NCBI GenBank assembly: GCA_050949315.1
Contig: JBMNFL010000001.1
Span: 864,001 to 928,000, forward strand
Direction of reading: 5' to 3'
Length of the DNA: 64,000 nt
Source of the DNA: Bacilli bacterium
GTDB taxonomy: Bacteria; Bacillota_I; Bacilli_A; RFN20; UBA1709
Shown here: positions 8,329 to 18,856 of the stretch, piece by piece
Numbering within the stretch: the stretch's first letter is position 1
Layout of the letters: every line of letters starts with the position of its first letter
Notes under the pieces: model-generated
Seen by the model: the letters and a program-made list of their open reading frames with translations, nothing else
Told to the model about the DNA's origin: nothing
Databases searched by the model: none
Translations under genes and position numbers: made by a program

Positions 8329-11327
8329 GTTATCCGAAAGAACTGCTTGACAGAAAGCAATGGGTCAACTGGCGGCTTATTCCCGATAAGGACGGCGGTA
8401 AGGACAAAAAGATGCCGTACAACCCCATCACCGGCAAGGGCGCACAATCCAATAATCCTGCGACATGGACGGACTACGCCACTGCCGCCGATGCGCTGGA
8501 GCGCTATGGCTTTACAGGGCTGGGCTTCATGTTCTCAAAGGAAGATGATATTGTGGGTGTGGATGTCGACCATTGCTACGACCCTGAAACAAAGACATTT
8601 AACGAAACGGCGAAGGCAATCATCGCAAGGCAGCCCACATATATGGAGTTTTCGCCCTCCGGCACCGGCATTCATCTCTTTTTCAAGGGTGCGATGCCCG
8701 GCACCGGCAACAAGAATACCAAGACCGGCGTTGAGATGTACGAGCATACCAGATACTTTACGATGACGGGTAAAAGGCTCGACGGAGCGACGGATATCAT
8801 CGCCGAGGATAACGGTACGCTTAAATGGATTCACGAAACCTACATTCGCACCCCGAAAAAGCAGCAGCAAAGGAAGTCGAAAAAGAGTGCATCCGTGCAG
8901 CTGTCCGACGACGACCTTTTGGAGCTTGCTCGTGGTGCCGATAACGGCGAAGCGTTCTCAAAGCTCTGGGGCGGTGACTGGCAGGACGCCTATTCGAGTC
9001 AATCGGAGGCGGATATGGCGCTCTGCTGTCGGCTGGCGTTCTGGTCGGGCAAGGACAAAGCGCAGATGGACAGGCTCTTTCGCCAGAGCGGGCTGTTTCG
9101 TGACAAGTGGGACACGAAGCATCATGCCAGCGGCGCGACCTACGGTGAGGAAACGCTGGACAAGGCTTGCGAACTGACCGAGGATACCTATGCTCCCGGC
9201 AACGATGCGCCGGTGTTTGAGTACAAGGGTATGTATTTCCGCAGCAAGGGCGACAACATTTATCCCATCACCAACTTTGTATTCGTGCCGGTGGAGATGA
9301 TTGTCGCCGAGGAGGAAACGCAGCTCACCGCCGACCTTGTGACCGTGCGTGGTGAAACCTACCGCCTGACCTTTATGACGACGGATTTCGCCAATCAGCA
9401 GAAATTCAAGAACGCTCTCAACAAGCGCACCATTGCTCTGAGCTATACCGGCTCGGACGGCGATTTGGAGCTGCTTAAGGCATACATCTCGGAGCTGGAA
9501 TGGAAAACGAAGCTCGGCGTCAAGGCGATGGGCATTTATGAGCATGGCAGCGGGATGGCTTTCGTATCAGTTGATGGCGCAGTTGATGAAAACGGCGCGT
9601 CGGTCGAGGACATTATTCAGCTGGACAAATACAGCAGCATTTGCAGCGACATTCTTGATGCAAAGCTCATCACCGCGACCCAGCTTCAAAGGCTCGGCGA
9701 GGTGCTTATGTCCTACAATGAACCCGCAAAGGCTGTGTCAATTCTGGCGTGGATCGGCGGCTGCTTCGTCAAGGAGCACCTGCGGAAAAAGAACGTAAAA
9801 TACCCGCATCTTATGCTCATCGGCGAAGCCGGAAGCGGCAAGAGCAATACGCTGGAGCGGGTTATTATGCCGGTGTTTTCTCGGTCTAAAATCGTGGCGG
9901 CGGGACAAACGACCGCCTTTACGCTGATGAAGGACTCGGCATCCTCGAACACCATTCCGATGGCACTGGACGAGTTCAAGCCCTCAAAAATCGACAGTTA
10001 TCGCCTTGCGCCGCTGCTGAACCATTTCCGTAACAGCTATGACGGTCAAGAAGGCATCCGTGGTCGCGCCGATCAGACGACCGTGAGCTATGAGTTGCTG
10101 GCTCCGCTCGTGGTTGCCGGTGAGGAATCGCCGGACGAGGCGGCAATCCGTGAACGTAGCATCGAGCTGTTGTTCTCCAAGAAAGACCTGAAAACGGTCG
10201 AATATCGTGCGGCGTTCCAGAGACTGTGCGCCAGCGCCGATTTACTCGGCTGTCTTGGGCATAGCTTACTGAACATCGCGCTGAAAACAAAGCCCGCAGA
10301 GTGCTATTCATGGTACGATGAGGCGCTGGGCGGCTTCAACAAGGAGCTGCCGTCGCGTGTCGTCAATAACCTTGCTTGTATGGTCGCAGGACTTCGGCTT
10401 ATGGAGAAGCTGTGTTCCTCGCTCGGACTTTTATGGCATGAGACATTTCCGTATGCCCTCGCTCCCTGCACGAAATACATCGAGTATGCGGCGAAGGAAT
10501 ACCTGTTGGACGGCGGCACCAGCAATAAAAGCGTGGTCGAGCAGACGCTCGAGGTCACTAAGCTCGGCGACCTCTGGACACTTGGTCGGCATCGGCTGGT
10601 CTGCGGAGACAGCACCAAAGCAGAAACCTTCGCTGTTCTTATGGATGACCGCAAGGCGAATCTGGTCATCACAGACCCGCCTTATAATGTAAACTACGAA
10701 GGCAGCGCCGGGAAAATCAAGAACGACAATATGGGCAACGACGCCTTCTACCACTTTCTGCTCGATGCCTTTACAAACACCGAAGCGGTCATGGCGGAGG
10801 ATGCCAGCATCTATGTTTTCCACGCTGACACCGAAGGGCTTAATTTCAGGAGAGCCTTTTCGGATGCCGGTTTTTATTTATCCGGTTGCTGTATCTGGAA
10901 GAAGCAGTCGCTGGTGCTGGGGCGCTCCCCATATCAGTGGCAGCACGAGCCTGTGCTATATGGCTGGAAGAAAACCGGGAAGCACCAGTGGTACAGTGGG
11001 CGCAAGGAAACGACCATCTGGGAGTTCGACAAACCAAAGAAGAATGGCGACCACCCGACGATGAAGCCAATTCCGCTGCTGGCCTATCCTATTATGAACA
11101 GCAGCATGACAAACACGCTGGTGCTCGACCCCTTCGGTGGCTCTGGCTCCACGCTCATCGCCTGTGAACAGGCCGACCGCTCCTGCGCCACCATTGAGCT
11201 TGACGAGAAGTTTTGCGATGTTATCGTCAAGCGGTATATCGAGCAGGTCGGTGCGGCGGATAAGGTATCCGTCCAGCGTGACGGACTGACCTATTCCTAC
11301 ACTGAAGTGGCTGTAAAATCGGACTGA
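8325..11327 (+). CDS. Chimeric ORF: Prim-Pol primase/helicase (8325-~10556) fused in frame to an N4/N6 DNA methyltransferase (~10554-11327)
   Basis: GVDVDHC and EFSPSGTGIH primase motifs; GEAGSGKS Walker A; ALDEF Walker B; then TKLGDLWTLGRHRLVCGDST, TDPPYN, HPTMKP, LDPFGGSGST MTase motifs. Confidence 0.85.
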   Translation: MSYPKELLDRKQWVNWRLIPDKDGGKDKKMPYNPITGKGAQSNNPATWTDYATAADALERYGFTGLGFMFSKEDDIVGVDVDHCYDPETKTFNETAKAIIARQPTYMEFSPSGTGIHLFFKGAMPGTGNKNTKTGVEMYEHTRYFTMTGKRLDGATDIIAEDNGTLKWIHETYIRTPKKQQQRKSKKSASVQLSDDDLLELARGADNGEAFSKLWGGDWQDAYSSQSEADMALCCRLAFWSGKDKAQMDRLFRQSGLFRDKWDTKHHASGATYGEETLDKACELTEDTYAPGNDAPVFEYKGMYFRSKGDNIYPITNFVFVPVEMIVAEEETQLTADLVTVRGETYRLTFMTTDFANQQKFKNALNKRTIALSYTGSDGDLELLKAYISELEWKTKLGVKAMGIYEHGSGMAFVSVDGAVDENGASVEDIIQLDKYSSICSDILDAKLITATQLQRLGEVLMSYNEPAKAVSILAWIGGCFVKEHLRKKNVKYPHLMLIGEAGSGKSNTLERVIMPVFSRSKIVAAGQTTAFTLMKDSASSNTIPMALDEFKPSKIDSYRLAPLLNHFRNSYDGQEGIRGRADQTTVSYELLAPLVVAGEESPDEAAIRERSIELLFSKKDLKTVEYRAAFQRLCASADLLGCLGHSLLNIALKTKPAECYSWYDEALGGFNKELPSRVVNNLACMVAGLRLMEKLCSSLGLLWHETFPYALAPCTKYIEYAAKEYLLDGGTSNKSVVEQTLEVTKLGDLWTLGRHRLVCGDSTKAETFAVLMDDRKANLVITDPPYNVNYEGSAGKIKNDNMGNDAFYHFLLDAFTNTEAVMAEDASIYVFHADTEGLNFRRAFSDAGFYLSGCCIWKKQSLVLGRSPYQWQHEPVLYGWKKTGKHQWYSGRKETTIWEFDKPKKNGDHPTMKPIPLLAYPIMNSSMTNTLVLDPFGGSGSTLIACEQADRSCATIELDEKFCDVIVKRYIEQVGAADKVSVQRDGLTYSYTEVAVKSD

Positions 11328-11378
11328 ATCACACAAGCACCGTCGCTTCTATTTGGTACATATATATCCCGGAATTGT

Positions 11379-11410
11379 CTTGCTATTTACAGGCTTTAGA
11401 GTGATATATG
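11379..11410 (+). promoter_or_regulatory. Repeated phage promoter-like motif, copy 1
   Basis: TTGCTA-N17-GATATA; related copies at 12774 and 32360. Confidence 0.5.
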
Positions 11411-11457
11411 TATGTACAAAAGCCGAAGCATCGGCTAAAAGAAAGGCGGCAGATACT

Positions 11458-12318
11458 ATGGAAAACAAGGATTTTGAACTCAGGTACAACCTGACCGGCA
11501 ACGACCGCAAGCAGCTCGTAACAGTGATGGCGGAGATTTTGAACTGCCCTGCAAAGTACAAAGGCGCTCCTTCCTTCACCTATGAGGTGGACTACTTCAC
11601 CATCGACAAGAATGGCACGATCAGCTTCGACGACCGCGCTGACAGCGAGGAAATCGAAAAGCTCATCGAGAGGCTGCACGAGCAGGGCTTTGAAGCGGAA
11701 ACGCGCTTCGAGGATTTGAGAATGACCGAGGCAGAAGAACTGGGGCTTGGCAGACAGCACCGCGACCCGGTTGGCGAAGATGGCATGCAAGCAAGCGACG
11801 TACCGGACGAGAGCATCGGGCTGGTGATTGAGATGCCCCGTTCCTCCTTTACCGACACTGCGCTCGAAAATCTCAAGCGGTTGGTTGAAAGCAAGAAAAG
11901 CCTCATCAGCAAGGCTCTCGGATGTCAAGACATCGACCTTGATATTACCGATGAGAGGGTACGGTTCCCGTGGTTTGAGGACGGCACCGAGCCGGACGCG
12001 GTCAAGGCATACACACATTTCGTCACAGCGCTTTGCGAGATGGCAAAGACTCAAAAGCGCGTTACCGCAAAGGAAAAAGATACGGACAATGACAAGTACG
12101 CATTCCGCTGCTTTCTGCTCCGTCTGGGCTTCATTGGTGATGGGTACAAGGCGGCGCGAAAGATACTGCTCCGCAACCTTTCCGGAAGCGGCGCCTTCAA
12201 GAGCGGCAACCCGAAGGTGCAGGAACTTGTTGAGCGCATCAATGCAGACGCCGGTCTCTATGATGACATGATGAGCCTGCAGGACAAGGAGGTGTCTGAC
12301 GATGAGGTTTCCAAGTAA
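11458..12318 (+). CDS. Conserved phage protein (so-called virulence-related protein)
   Basis: KYKGAPSFTYEVDYFTIDKNG and NDKYAFRCFLLRLGFIG motifs typical of this prophage family. Confidence 0.75.
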   Translation: MENKDFELRYNLTGNDRKQLVTVMAEILNCPAKYKGAPSFTYEVDYFTIDKNGTISFDDRADSEEIEKLIERLHEQGFEAETRFEDLRMTEAEELGLGRQHRDPVGEDGMQASDVPDESIGLVIEMPRSSFTDTALENLKRLVESKKSLISKALGCQDIDLDITDERVRFPWFEDGTEPDAVKAYTHFVTALCEMAKTQKRVTAKEKDTDNDKYAFRCFLLRLGFIGDGYKAARKILLRNLSGSGAFKSGNPKVQELVERINADAGLYDDMMSLQDKEVSDDEVSK

Positions 12319-12532
12319 GGAGCTGGTAGAGAGCCTCCGCAAGCGTTACCCGGTTGGGTGCCGTGTGGAGCTTGTTCGCATGGATGACCCGCAAGCGCCA
12401 CCAGTTGGCACCAAAGGCACCGTGCGCGGCGTGGACGACATCGGCTCGGTCATGGTGGCATGGGACAATGGCTGCGGCCTGTCCGTGGCTTACGGTGAGG
12501 ACGCCTGCAAGGTGGTGAACGTCGATGAGTGA
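12302..12532 (+). CDS. DUF4314 family protein
   Basis: YPVGCRVELVRMDDPQAPPVGTKGTVRGVDDIG. Confidence 0.85.
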   Translation: MRFPSKELVESLRKRYPVGCRVELVRMDDPQAPPVGTKGTVRGVDDIGSVMVAWDNGCGLSVAYGEDACKVVNVDE

Positions 12533-12701
12533 AACGGTCAAGAAGCAGATTCTCGCCATCCGCGACACTGGGCTGACGAATATGTTAGATATCCGCACGG
12601 TGCAGCGCATCGCAAACGACAGGGCCTTCCACGAGCTGGTGGTGTATCTGGAGGAGCATCGACGCGAATACGCGCATTTCATTCTCACCGGCAAAACGTA
12701 A
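12525..12701 (+). CDS. DUF5049 family protein (58 aa, below ORF-track cutoff)
   Basis: Hand translation MSETVKKQILAIRDTGLTNMLD...EYAHFILTGKT. Confidence 0.8.
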   Translation: MSETVKKQILAIRDTGLTNMLDIRTVQRIANDRAFHELVVYLEEHRREYAHFILTGKT

Positions 12702-12773
12702 ACTACACAATTCTGGCGGCGAAATTCGCTGTAAAGATCGTATAGTTTATGCCGGTATATATCGCATAATTGC

Positions 12774-12806
12774 CTTGCTATAGTGTGCTTTTAGAGCGAT
12801 CATGTG
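12774..12806 (+). promoter_or_regulatory. Repeated phage promoter-like motif, copy 2
   Basis: TTGCTA-N17-GATCAT. Confidence 0.45.
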
Positions 12807-12836
12807 TATAACAAAACAAAGGAGGCACACCCCACC

Positions 12837-13016
12837 ATGACAGACAAACAGTTGAAACAATCAAAAAGCCAGCTCCCGCAGGGCGAGCGCTTCGACCGAG
12901 CCTACAGCGCCTTTGAAGGCGGCATAAGGCTGATTTCCAAGAAAGCCGACGGCATGGAAACCCGCTACAAAGTACACTTCGAAGCTGACGACAATGTTCG
13001 CATCGAGCGGTTTTAA
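12837..13016 (+). CDS. Small hypothetical phage protein
   Basis: GGAGG RBS, 59 aa. Confidence 0.6.
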   Translation: MTDKQLKQSKSQLPQGERFDRAYSAFEGGIRLISKKADGMETRYKVHFEADDNVRIERF

Positions 13017-13029
13017 GGAGGGAGCGACC

Positions 13030-13257
13030 ATGTGGAGAGAAGGAAGCCTGAAGGTTCACGATAGCATTTTTCACTATTGGATGAAGCAGTACGACGAGGG
13101 TTCGCAGTTCGGCATCGAAGGCGGCAGAATCAGCAAGCTGACGCTCAAACGGAACAGCACCATCGTATGCAACTATGACAGAGGTTGGGATATCGAGCCC
13201 GCCGACCCGGACACGCAGCTTGCGGTCGAGATTCTCCTGCACAGCGAAAACTACTGA
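13030..13257 (+). CDS. Conserved small phage protein
   Basis: SQFGIEGGRISKL...NYDRGWD motif; AAGGAGG RBS. Confidence 0.75.
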   Translation: MWREGSLKVHDSIFHYWMKQYDEGSQFGIEGGRISKLTLKRNSTIVCNYDRGWDIEPADPDTQLAVEILLHSENY

Positions 13258-13319
13258 GTCCAGAGTAAAAGCCGGGAGCAGCCCCCAGCGGGGCTGTATC
13301 TTGTACAGATAGATTTTGA

Positions 13320-13343
13320 AGACACCGATGGGTGTCTATTTTT
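13320..13343 (+). terminator. Probable intrinsic terminator
   Basis: AGACACC-GATG-GGTGTCT followed by ATTTTT. Confidence 0.5.
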
Positions 13344-13365
13344 ATGTCCGAAAGGAGGCGGCAAC

Positions 13366-14967
13366 TTGCGCAAACTAAAAAAATATAAACAGACGCGCTT
13401 CATAGCGCATGATTCGACCTATGACAAAGAAGCCGCCGACTACGCTGTGGCGTTCATTGAATCGCTCTGTCACACCAAAGGCACATGGGCCGGAAAGCCA
13501 TTCGAGCTTATTGACTGGCAGGAACAAATTATCCGTGACATCTTTGGAACACTGAAACCCAACGGTTACCGGCAGTTCAATACGGCCTATGTAGAGATAC
13601 CAAAGAAGATGGGCAAGAGTGAACTTGCTGCCGCCATAGCTCTGCTACTGACCTGTGGCGACAACGAAGAACGCGCCGAGGTTTATGGCTGTGCTGCTGA
13701 CCGGAATCAGGCGTCTATCGTTTTCAACGTAGCAGCGGATATGGTGCGGATGTGTCCAGCTTTGTCGAAACGTGTCAAAATTCTCGACGCTACCAAGCGT
13801 CTCATCTTCCAGCCGACCGGCAGTATCTATCAGGTGCTTTCGGCCGATGTTGGCAACAAGCACGGCTTCAATACTCACGGCGTGGTGTTCGACGAGCTGC
13901 ATACGCAACCGAATCGCAAGCTCTACGACGTAATGACCAAAGGCAGCGGCGATGCGAGAATGCAGCCGCTGTATTTTTTGATCACTACCGCCGGAGATAA
14001 CCAGAACAGCATCTGCTGGGAGGTTCATCAAAAGGCGCTGGATATTATTGATGGAAGAAAGCATGACCCCACCTTCTACCCAGTAATTTACGGCGCAGCG
14101 CAAGAAGATGATTGGACTGACCCCAAGGTGTGGAAGAAGGCAAATCCCTCTCTCGGCATCACAGTCGGCATGGATAAGGTTAAGGCGGCGTTTGAATCAG
14201 CTCGGCAGAATCCCGCCGAGGAGAACAGTTTCCGGCAGCTTCGCCTCAACCAGTGGGTAAAACAAGCGGTTCGCTGGATGCCGATGGACAAATGGGATAA
14301 ATGCGCTTTTGCCGTCGACGCGGAAGCTCTCGAAGGTCGTGTCTGTTACGGCGGACTTGACCTTTCCAGCAGCACCGACATCACGGCTTTTGTGCTTGTA
14401 TTTCCACCCGGTGACGAGGATGACAAGTACTGCGTTCTGCCGTACTTCTGGATACCAGAGGATAATATCGACCTGCGTGTTCGGCGCGACCATGTAAATT
14501 ATGATGTTTGGAAAAAGCAGGGCTTTCTGCAAACTACCGAGGGCAATGTGGTGCATTACGGCTATATCGAGCAGTTCATTGAATCCCTCGGTGAGAAATA
14601 CAACATCCGCGAGATTGCTTTCGACCGCTGGGGCGCTGTGCAAATGACGCAGAATCTTGAAACGCTCGGCTTCTCGGTCGTGCCGTTCGGTCAGGGCTTT
14701 AAGGATATGTCTCCACCGACCAAGGAACTCATGAAGCTAACACTGGAGGAGAAAATCGCTCACGGCGGACACCCCGTCCTACGCTGGATGATGGACAACA
14801 TATATATCCGCACCGACCCTGCAGGAAATATCAAGGCTGACAAGGAGAAATCCACAGAAAAGATAGACGGCGCGGTTGCCACCATAATGGCACTGGACAG
14901 GGCAATTAGGTGCGGAAACGATACGGGCGAGAGTGTTTATGACAAACGCGGCTTGCTCATTTGGTAA
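13366..14967 (+). CDS. Terminase large subunit
   Basis: EIPKKMGKSEL Walker A, VVFDELH Walker B, GGLDLS and EKIDGAVA nuclease motifs. Confidence 0.95.
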   Translation: MRKLKKYKQTRFIAHDSTYDKEAADYAVAFIESLCHTKGTWAGKPFELIDWQEQIIRDIFGTLKPNGYRQFNTAYVEIPKKMGKSELAAAIALLLTCGDNEERAEVYGCAADRNQASIVFNVAADMVRMCPALSKRVKILDATKRLIFQPTGSIYQVLSADVGNKHGFNTHGVVFDELHTQPNRKLYDVMTKGSGDARMQPLYFLITTAGDNQNSICWEVHQKALDIIDGRKHDPTFYPVIYGAAQEDDWTDPKVWKKANPSLGITVGMDKVKAAFESARQNPAEENSFRQLRLNQWVKQAVRWMPMDKWDKCAFAVDAEALEGRVCYGGLDLSSSTDITAFVLVFPPGDEDDKYCVLPYFWIPEDNIDLRVRRDHVNYDVWKKQGFLQTTEGNVVHYGYIEQFIESLGEKYNIREIAFDRWGAVQMTQNLETLGFSVVPFGQGFKDMSPPTKELMKLTLEEKIAHGGHPVLRWMMDNIYIRTDPAGNIKADKEKSTEKIDGAVATIMALDRAIRCGNDTGESVYDKRGLLIW

Positions 14968-14981
14968 GGAGGTAAAAGCCT

Positions 14982-16277
14982 ATGGGCATATTACAAGGTA
15001 TATTCAAACCCCGCGACAAGCCTAAAAACCTCGGCAGCGGCAACAGATTTTTATGGGGAGGCTCGACCTCCGGCAAGGTGGTAAATGAAAAGACCGCCAT
15101 GCAGATGACAGCGGTATACTCCTGCGTCCGTATTCTTTCGGAGGCAATCGCAGGACTCCCGCTGTTCGTTTATAAGTACGGCGATGACGGCAGTAAGGAA
15201 AAGTGCCTCGAACATCCGCTATGGCGGGTCCTGCATGATGAGCCAAATCCTGAAATGACGAGTTTCGTATTCAGAGAAACTATGATGAACCACCTGCTTC
15301 TCACCGGCAACGCCTATGCTCAGATTATCCGCAACGCCCGTGGCGAGGTTATAGCACTCTATCCGCTCATGCCAGACCGCATGGCCGTGGACAGGGATTC
15401 GCAGGGACGACTGTATTACCGTTATCGGAAAAATAGCGATGACGCACCGGAAGTCGGCAAAAACAAGCAAAGCGACATTATCTTCGCTCCCTCTGACATT
15501 CTTCATGTGCTGGGGCTTGGCTACGACGGTCTGGTCGGCTATTCACCAATAGCGATGGCAAAAAACGCTGTGGGCTTGGCGATTGCAGCCGAGGAATATG
15601 GCGCTAAGTTTTTCGCCAATGGTGCGGCACCAAGCGGCGTTCTCGAACATCCCGGCACGATTAAGGACCCGGAGCGCATACGGGAAAGCTGGCAGTCCAC
15701 CTTCGGCGGCAGTGCTAATAGCAACAAAATTGCCGTGCTGGAGGAAGGACTCAAGTACACGCCGATCGCCATCTCTCCGGAACAGGCGCAGTTCCTCGAA
15801 ACGCGCAAGTTCCAGATCAATGAAATCGCTCGAATTTTCAGAGTGCCGCCACATATGCTGGCTGACCTTGAAAAGTCGAGCTTTTCTAATATTGAGCAGC
15901 AGTCACTGGAGTTCGTGAAATATACGCTTGACCCGTGGGTGATCCGCTGGGAACAAGCAATGAACAAGGCGCTACTGCTCGACAGCGAAAAACGCTCGGT
16001 GTTCACAAAATTCAACGTGGACGGACTGCTTCGCGGCGACTATGCATCGCGCATGACAGGCTACGCGACCGCTCGTCAAAACGGCTGGATGTCGGCAAAT
16101 GACATACGAGAGCTTGAAAACCTCGACCGAATCCCTGCCGACCTCGGCGGCGACCTTTATCTCATAAATGGCGCGATGACCAAACTGCAGGACGCAGGTG
16201 CGTTCGCAAATACAACAACAGAAACGGAGGGAACCTCAGATGGACAAAACAAAACGAAGTCCCGCAAAGGCACGTGA
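14982..16277 (+). CDS. Portal protein, HK97 family
   Basis: AVYSCVRILSE, GYSPI, EIARIFRVPPH, SFSNIEQQ. Confidence 0.95.
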   Translation: MGILQGIFKPRDKPKNLGSGNRFLWGGSTSGKVVNEKTAMQMTAVYSCVRILSEAIAGLPLFVYKYGDDGSKEKCLEHPLWRVLHDEPNPEMTSFVFRETMMNHLLLTGNAYAQIIRNARGEVIALYPLMPDRMAVDRDSQGRLYYRYRKNSDDAPEVGKNKQSDIIFAPSDILHVLGLGYDGLVGYSPIAMAKNAVGLAIAAEEYGAKFFANGAAPSGVLEHPGTIKDPERIRESWQSTFGGSANSNKIAVLEEGLKYTPIAISPEQAQFLETRKFQINEIARIFRVPPHMLADLEKSSFSNIEQQSLEFVKYTLDPWVIRWEQAMNKALLLDSEKRSVFTKFNVDGLLRGDYASRMTGYATARQNGWMSANDIRELENLDRIPADLGGDLYLINGAMTKLQDAGAFANTTTETEGTSDGQNKTKSRKGT

Positions 16278-17001
16278 AAAAACGCACTTCTGGAATTGGG
16301 ACAGTGATGAGGATACAGGCGTCCGCACCTTGTACCTCGACGGCACCATTGCGGACGAAAGCTGGTGGGATGATGAAATTACGCCTCGAATGTTCAAGGA
16401 CGAGCTGATGTCCGGCGACAGCGATATTGTCGTGTGGATTAATTCACCCGGCGGCGACTGTGTAGCAGCAAGTCAAATCTACACTATGCTCATGGATTAC
16501 CCGCATGACGTGACCATCAAGATTGACGGCATCGCTGCTTCGGCGGCATCAGTCATCGCAATGGCGGGTACGCAGGTGCTCATGGCACCTACGGCGCTTA
16601 TGATGATTCACAATCCACTCACAGTAGCAATCGGTGATACCGAGGAAATGCAAAAAGCCATTGCCATGCTGGACGAAGTCAAGGAGTCCATTATCAACGC
16701 CTATGAAATCAAGACCGGTCAGTCCCGAGCAAAAATTTCTCATCTCATGGACGGCGAAACCTATATGAACGCAAACAAGGCAGTGGAGCTTGGCTTTGCG
16801 GACGGCATCTTGGAAGACGCCAAGCGCGACCATAGCGACGATGTGGTCTTTGCTTTCAGCCGCAGAGCAGTTACCAACGCACTATTCAACAAGCTCATCA
16901 CGAAATCAGCTCCGAAGGCGGAGCAAAAGAAGCCGGATGCGCCGACTGGCGTTTCCATCACCGAGGCTATGCAGAAACTGCAAGCCCGTAAATACATTTA
17001 A
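16240..17001 (+). CDS. ClpP-like head maturation protease
   Basis: WINSPGGD, DGIAASAASVIAMAG, MMIHNP. Confidence 0.92.
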   Translation: MDKTKRSPAKAREKTHFWNWDSDEDTGVRTLYLDGTIADESWWDDEITPRMFKDELMSGDSDIVVWINSPGGDCVAASQIYTMLMDYPHDVTIKIDGIAASAASVIAMAGTQVLMAPTALMMIHNPLTVAIGDTEEMQKAIAMLDEVKESIINAYEIKTGQSRAKISHLMDGETYMNANKAVELGFADGILEDAKRDHSDDVVFAFSRRAVTNALFNKLITKSAPKAEQKKPDAPTGVSITEAMQKLQARKYI

Positions 17002-17016
17002 CGGAGGTATTTGATT

Positions 17017-18198
17017 ATGAAAAAGGTACTCGAACTGCGTGAAAAACGCGCAAAGGCGTGGGACGCTGCAAAGGCGTTCCTCGACACTCGCGCCAAGGAC
17101 GGCGTCCTGTCTGCAGAAGACAATGCTACCTATGACAAAATGCTCACGGACGTTGACGCAATGGCTCGTCAGATTGCCATTGAGGAAGACCGCGTGGCAA
17201 GGGATGCCGCAATGGCGCAGCCGACCAGTTCACCCATCACCGAAAAGCCTGTGGCACAGAACGGCAAGCCTCTCATTCCCAGAGCGACCGCCGAATACCG
17301 TGAGGATTTCTATAATCTCATTCGCGGCAAGCGCCCTGTCCACAATGTCATGGAGGAAGGCACTTCTTCCACCGGTGGTTATCTTGTTCCGCTGGAATTC
17401 GACAACACTCTCGTTAAGGCACTTGCCCGCGAGAACGTAATCCGTTCTCTGGCAAAGGTCATCACAACTGCCGCACCTCACAGAATTAATGTGGCGCTTA
17501 CTGATGTTTCTGCCGATTGGGTAGCTGAGTCCGGCGTGTTTACGCCCTCCACTCCTACCTTCAACCAGCTCTCTCTCGATGCATTCACGCTTCGTGCGGC
17601 AGCACTGGTCTCCGAGGAACTGCTTGAGGACTCCATGTTCGACCTTCAGGCCTACCTCATCGACAACTTTGCCCGCGCTTTTGCGGCGAAAGAGGAACAG
17701 GCTTTCTGCATCGGCACCGGCAGCGGTCAACCTACCGGCATCTTCACCGCAAACGGCGGCGATCTCGGCGTGACTACCGCTACTGCCGGAGACATTAAGG
17801 CGGACGAGCTTATCGACCTGACCTACGCGCTCAAGGACGGCTATAAGAAAAATGCCGTGTTTGTGCTTGGCAGTGGCACTCTCGCAAGCGTCCGCAAGCT
17901 CAAGGACGGTAACGGTGCATATATGTGGCAACCCTCTCTGCAGGCTGGTCAGCCTGACCGTCTGCTCGGTTTCCCTGTATATGTATCTCAGTATGCTCCG
18001 ACCATCGCGGCAAGTGCCTACACAGTCGCTTTCGGCGATTTCCAGAACTACTGGATTGCGGACCGTACAGGCAGAACTGTTCGCCGTGCAGACGAGCTCC
18101 ACATCGCCAACCTTCAGACCGGCTTCTACGCTTTCCAGCGTGTTGACGCTAAGACCGTACTGCCGGAAGGCATCAAGCTGCTTAAGCAGCACGCTTAA
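17017..18198 (+). CDS. Major capsid protein, HK97 fold
   Basis: N-terminal coiled delta domain, GGYLVP, VSEELLEDS, FGDF. Confidence 0.95.
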   Translation: MKKVLELREKRAKAWDAAKAFLDTRAKDGVLSAEDNATYDKMLTDVDAMARQIAIEEDRVARDAAMAQPTSSPITEKPVAQNGKPLIPRATAEYREDFYNLIRGKRPVHNVMEEGTSSTGGYLVPLEFDNTLVKALARENVIRSLAKVITTAAPHRINVALTDVSADWVAESGVFTPSTPTFNQLSLDAFTLRAAALVSEELLEDSMFDLQAYLIDNFARAFAAKEEQAFCIGTGSGQPTGIFTANGGDLGVTTATAGDIKADELIDLTYALKDGYKKNAVFVLGSGTLASVRKLKDGNGAYMWQPSLQAGQPDRLLGFPVYVSQYAPTIAASAYTVAFGDFQNYWIADRTGRTVRRADELHIANLQTGFYAFQRVDAKTVLPEGIKLLKQHA

Positions 18199-18211
18199 GG
18201 AGGGTTAATTC

Positions 18212-18838
18212 ATGAGCGAATATAACGCAAAAAACTACACCGAGCAGGGCGGTGAGAAAACCGTCATCGGTGGAACGCTGGAAATCAAGGAGGGAGCCTC
18301 GGTAACGGGGCTTCCTTCCGCTCCGAATCAAGCCGCAAGCACAGCATCGAATGTCGCCGGACTCAAGGATGATTTCAATGCACTGCTTCTGAAACTTAAA
18401 GATTCGGGCTTGATGAAGCCGGACACGTGGAATGTATCCGTATCGAATGTTGCCACTTCTCTCAGTGAAGATATGGCAGCCAATCAAGGCAAGGTCGAAT
18501 CCATCACAATTGAGGACAATTTCATTACAGTCACTGTTCCGGTTGACGAACTGGTTCCTTATGAAAGTTCAAATCCGGCGCAAGGAACTCACAAATGGGT
18601 CGCTATCCTCATCACCACAGGAATCCCCGCAATCACGGCAGTCAAGTACAACGGCAGTCAGCTGACATCAGCCGATGCTGCGGAAGCAGCTGCTGTCGGC
18701 GGGCAGGCTGGAGATATCGTTATGTGGCTCAAATGCGATGAAATCGTAAACACACCGAAGTCGTTCACTCTCTGGTCATCCGGTTACCCCGCTGCTGAAT
18801 TCACTGTTGTCATCGCAGAGCCGGAAACCGAAGAATAA
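18212..18838 (+). CDS. Head fiber/decoration protein
   Basis: YNAKNYTEQGGEKTVIGG...DFNALLLKLKDSGLM; position after capsid gene. Confidence 0.7.
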   Translation: MSEYNAKNYTEQGGEKTVIGGTLEIKEGASVTGLPSAPNQAASTASNVAGLKDDFNALLLKLKDSGLMKPDTWNVSVSNVATSLSEDMAANQGKVESITIEDNFITVTVPVDELVPYESSNPAQGTHKWVAILITTGIPAITAVKYNGSQLTSADAAEAAAVGGQAGDIVMWLKCDEIVNTPKSFTLWSSGYPAAEFTVVIAEPETEE

Positions 18839-18856
18839 GGAAAGGACGCTGGCGGT

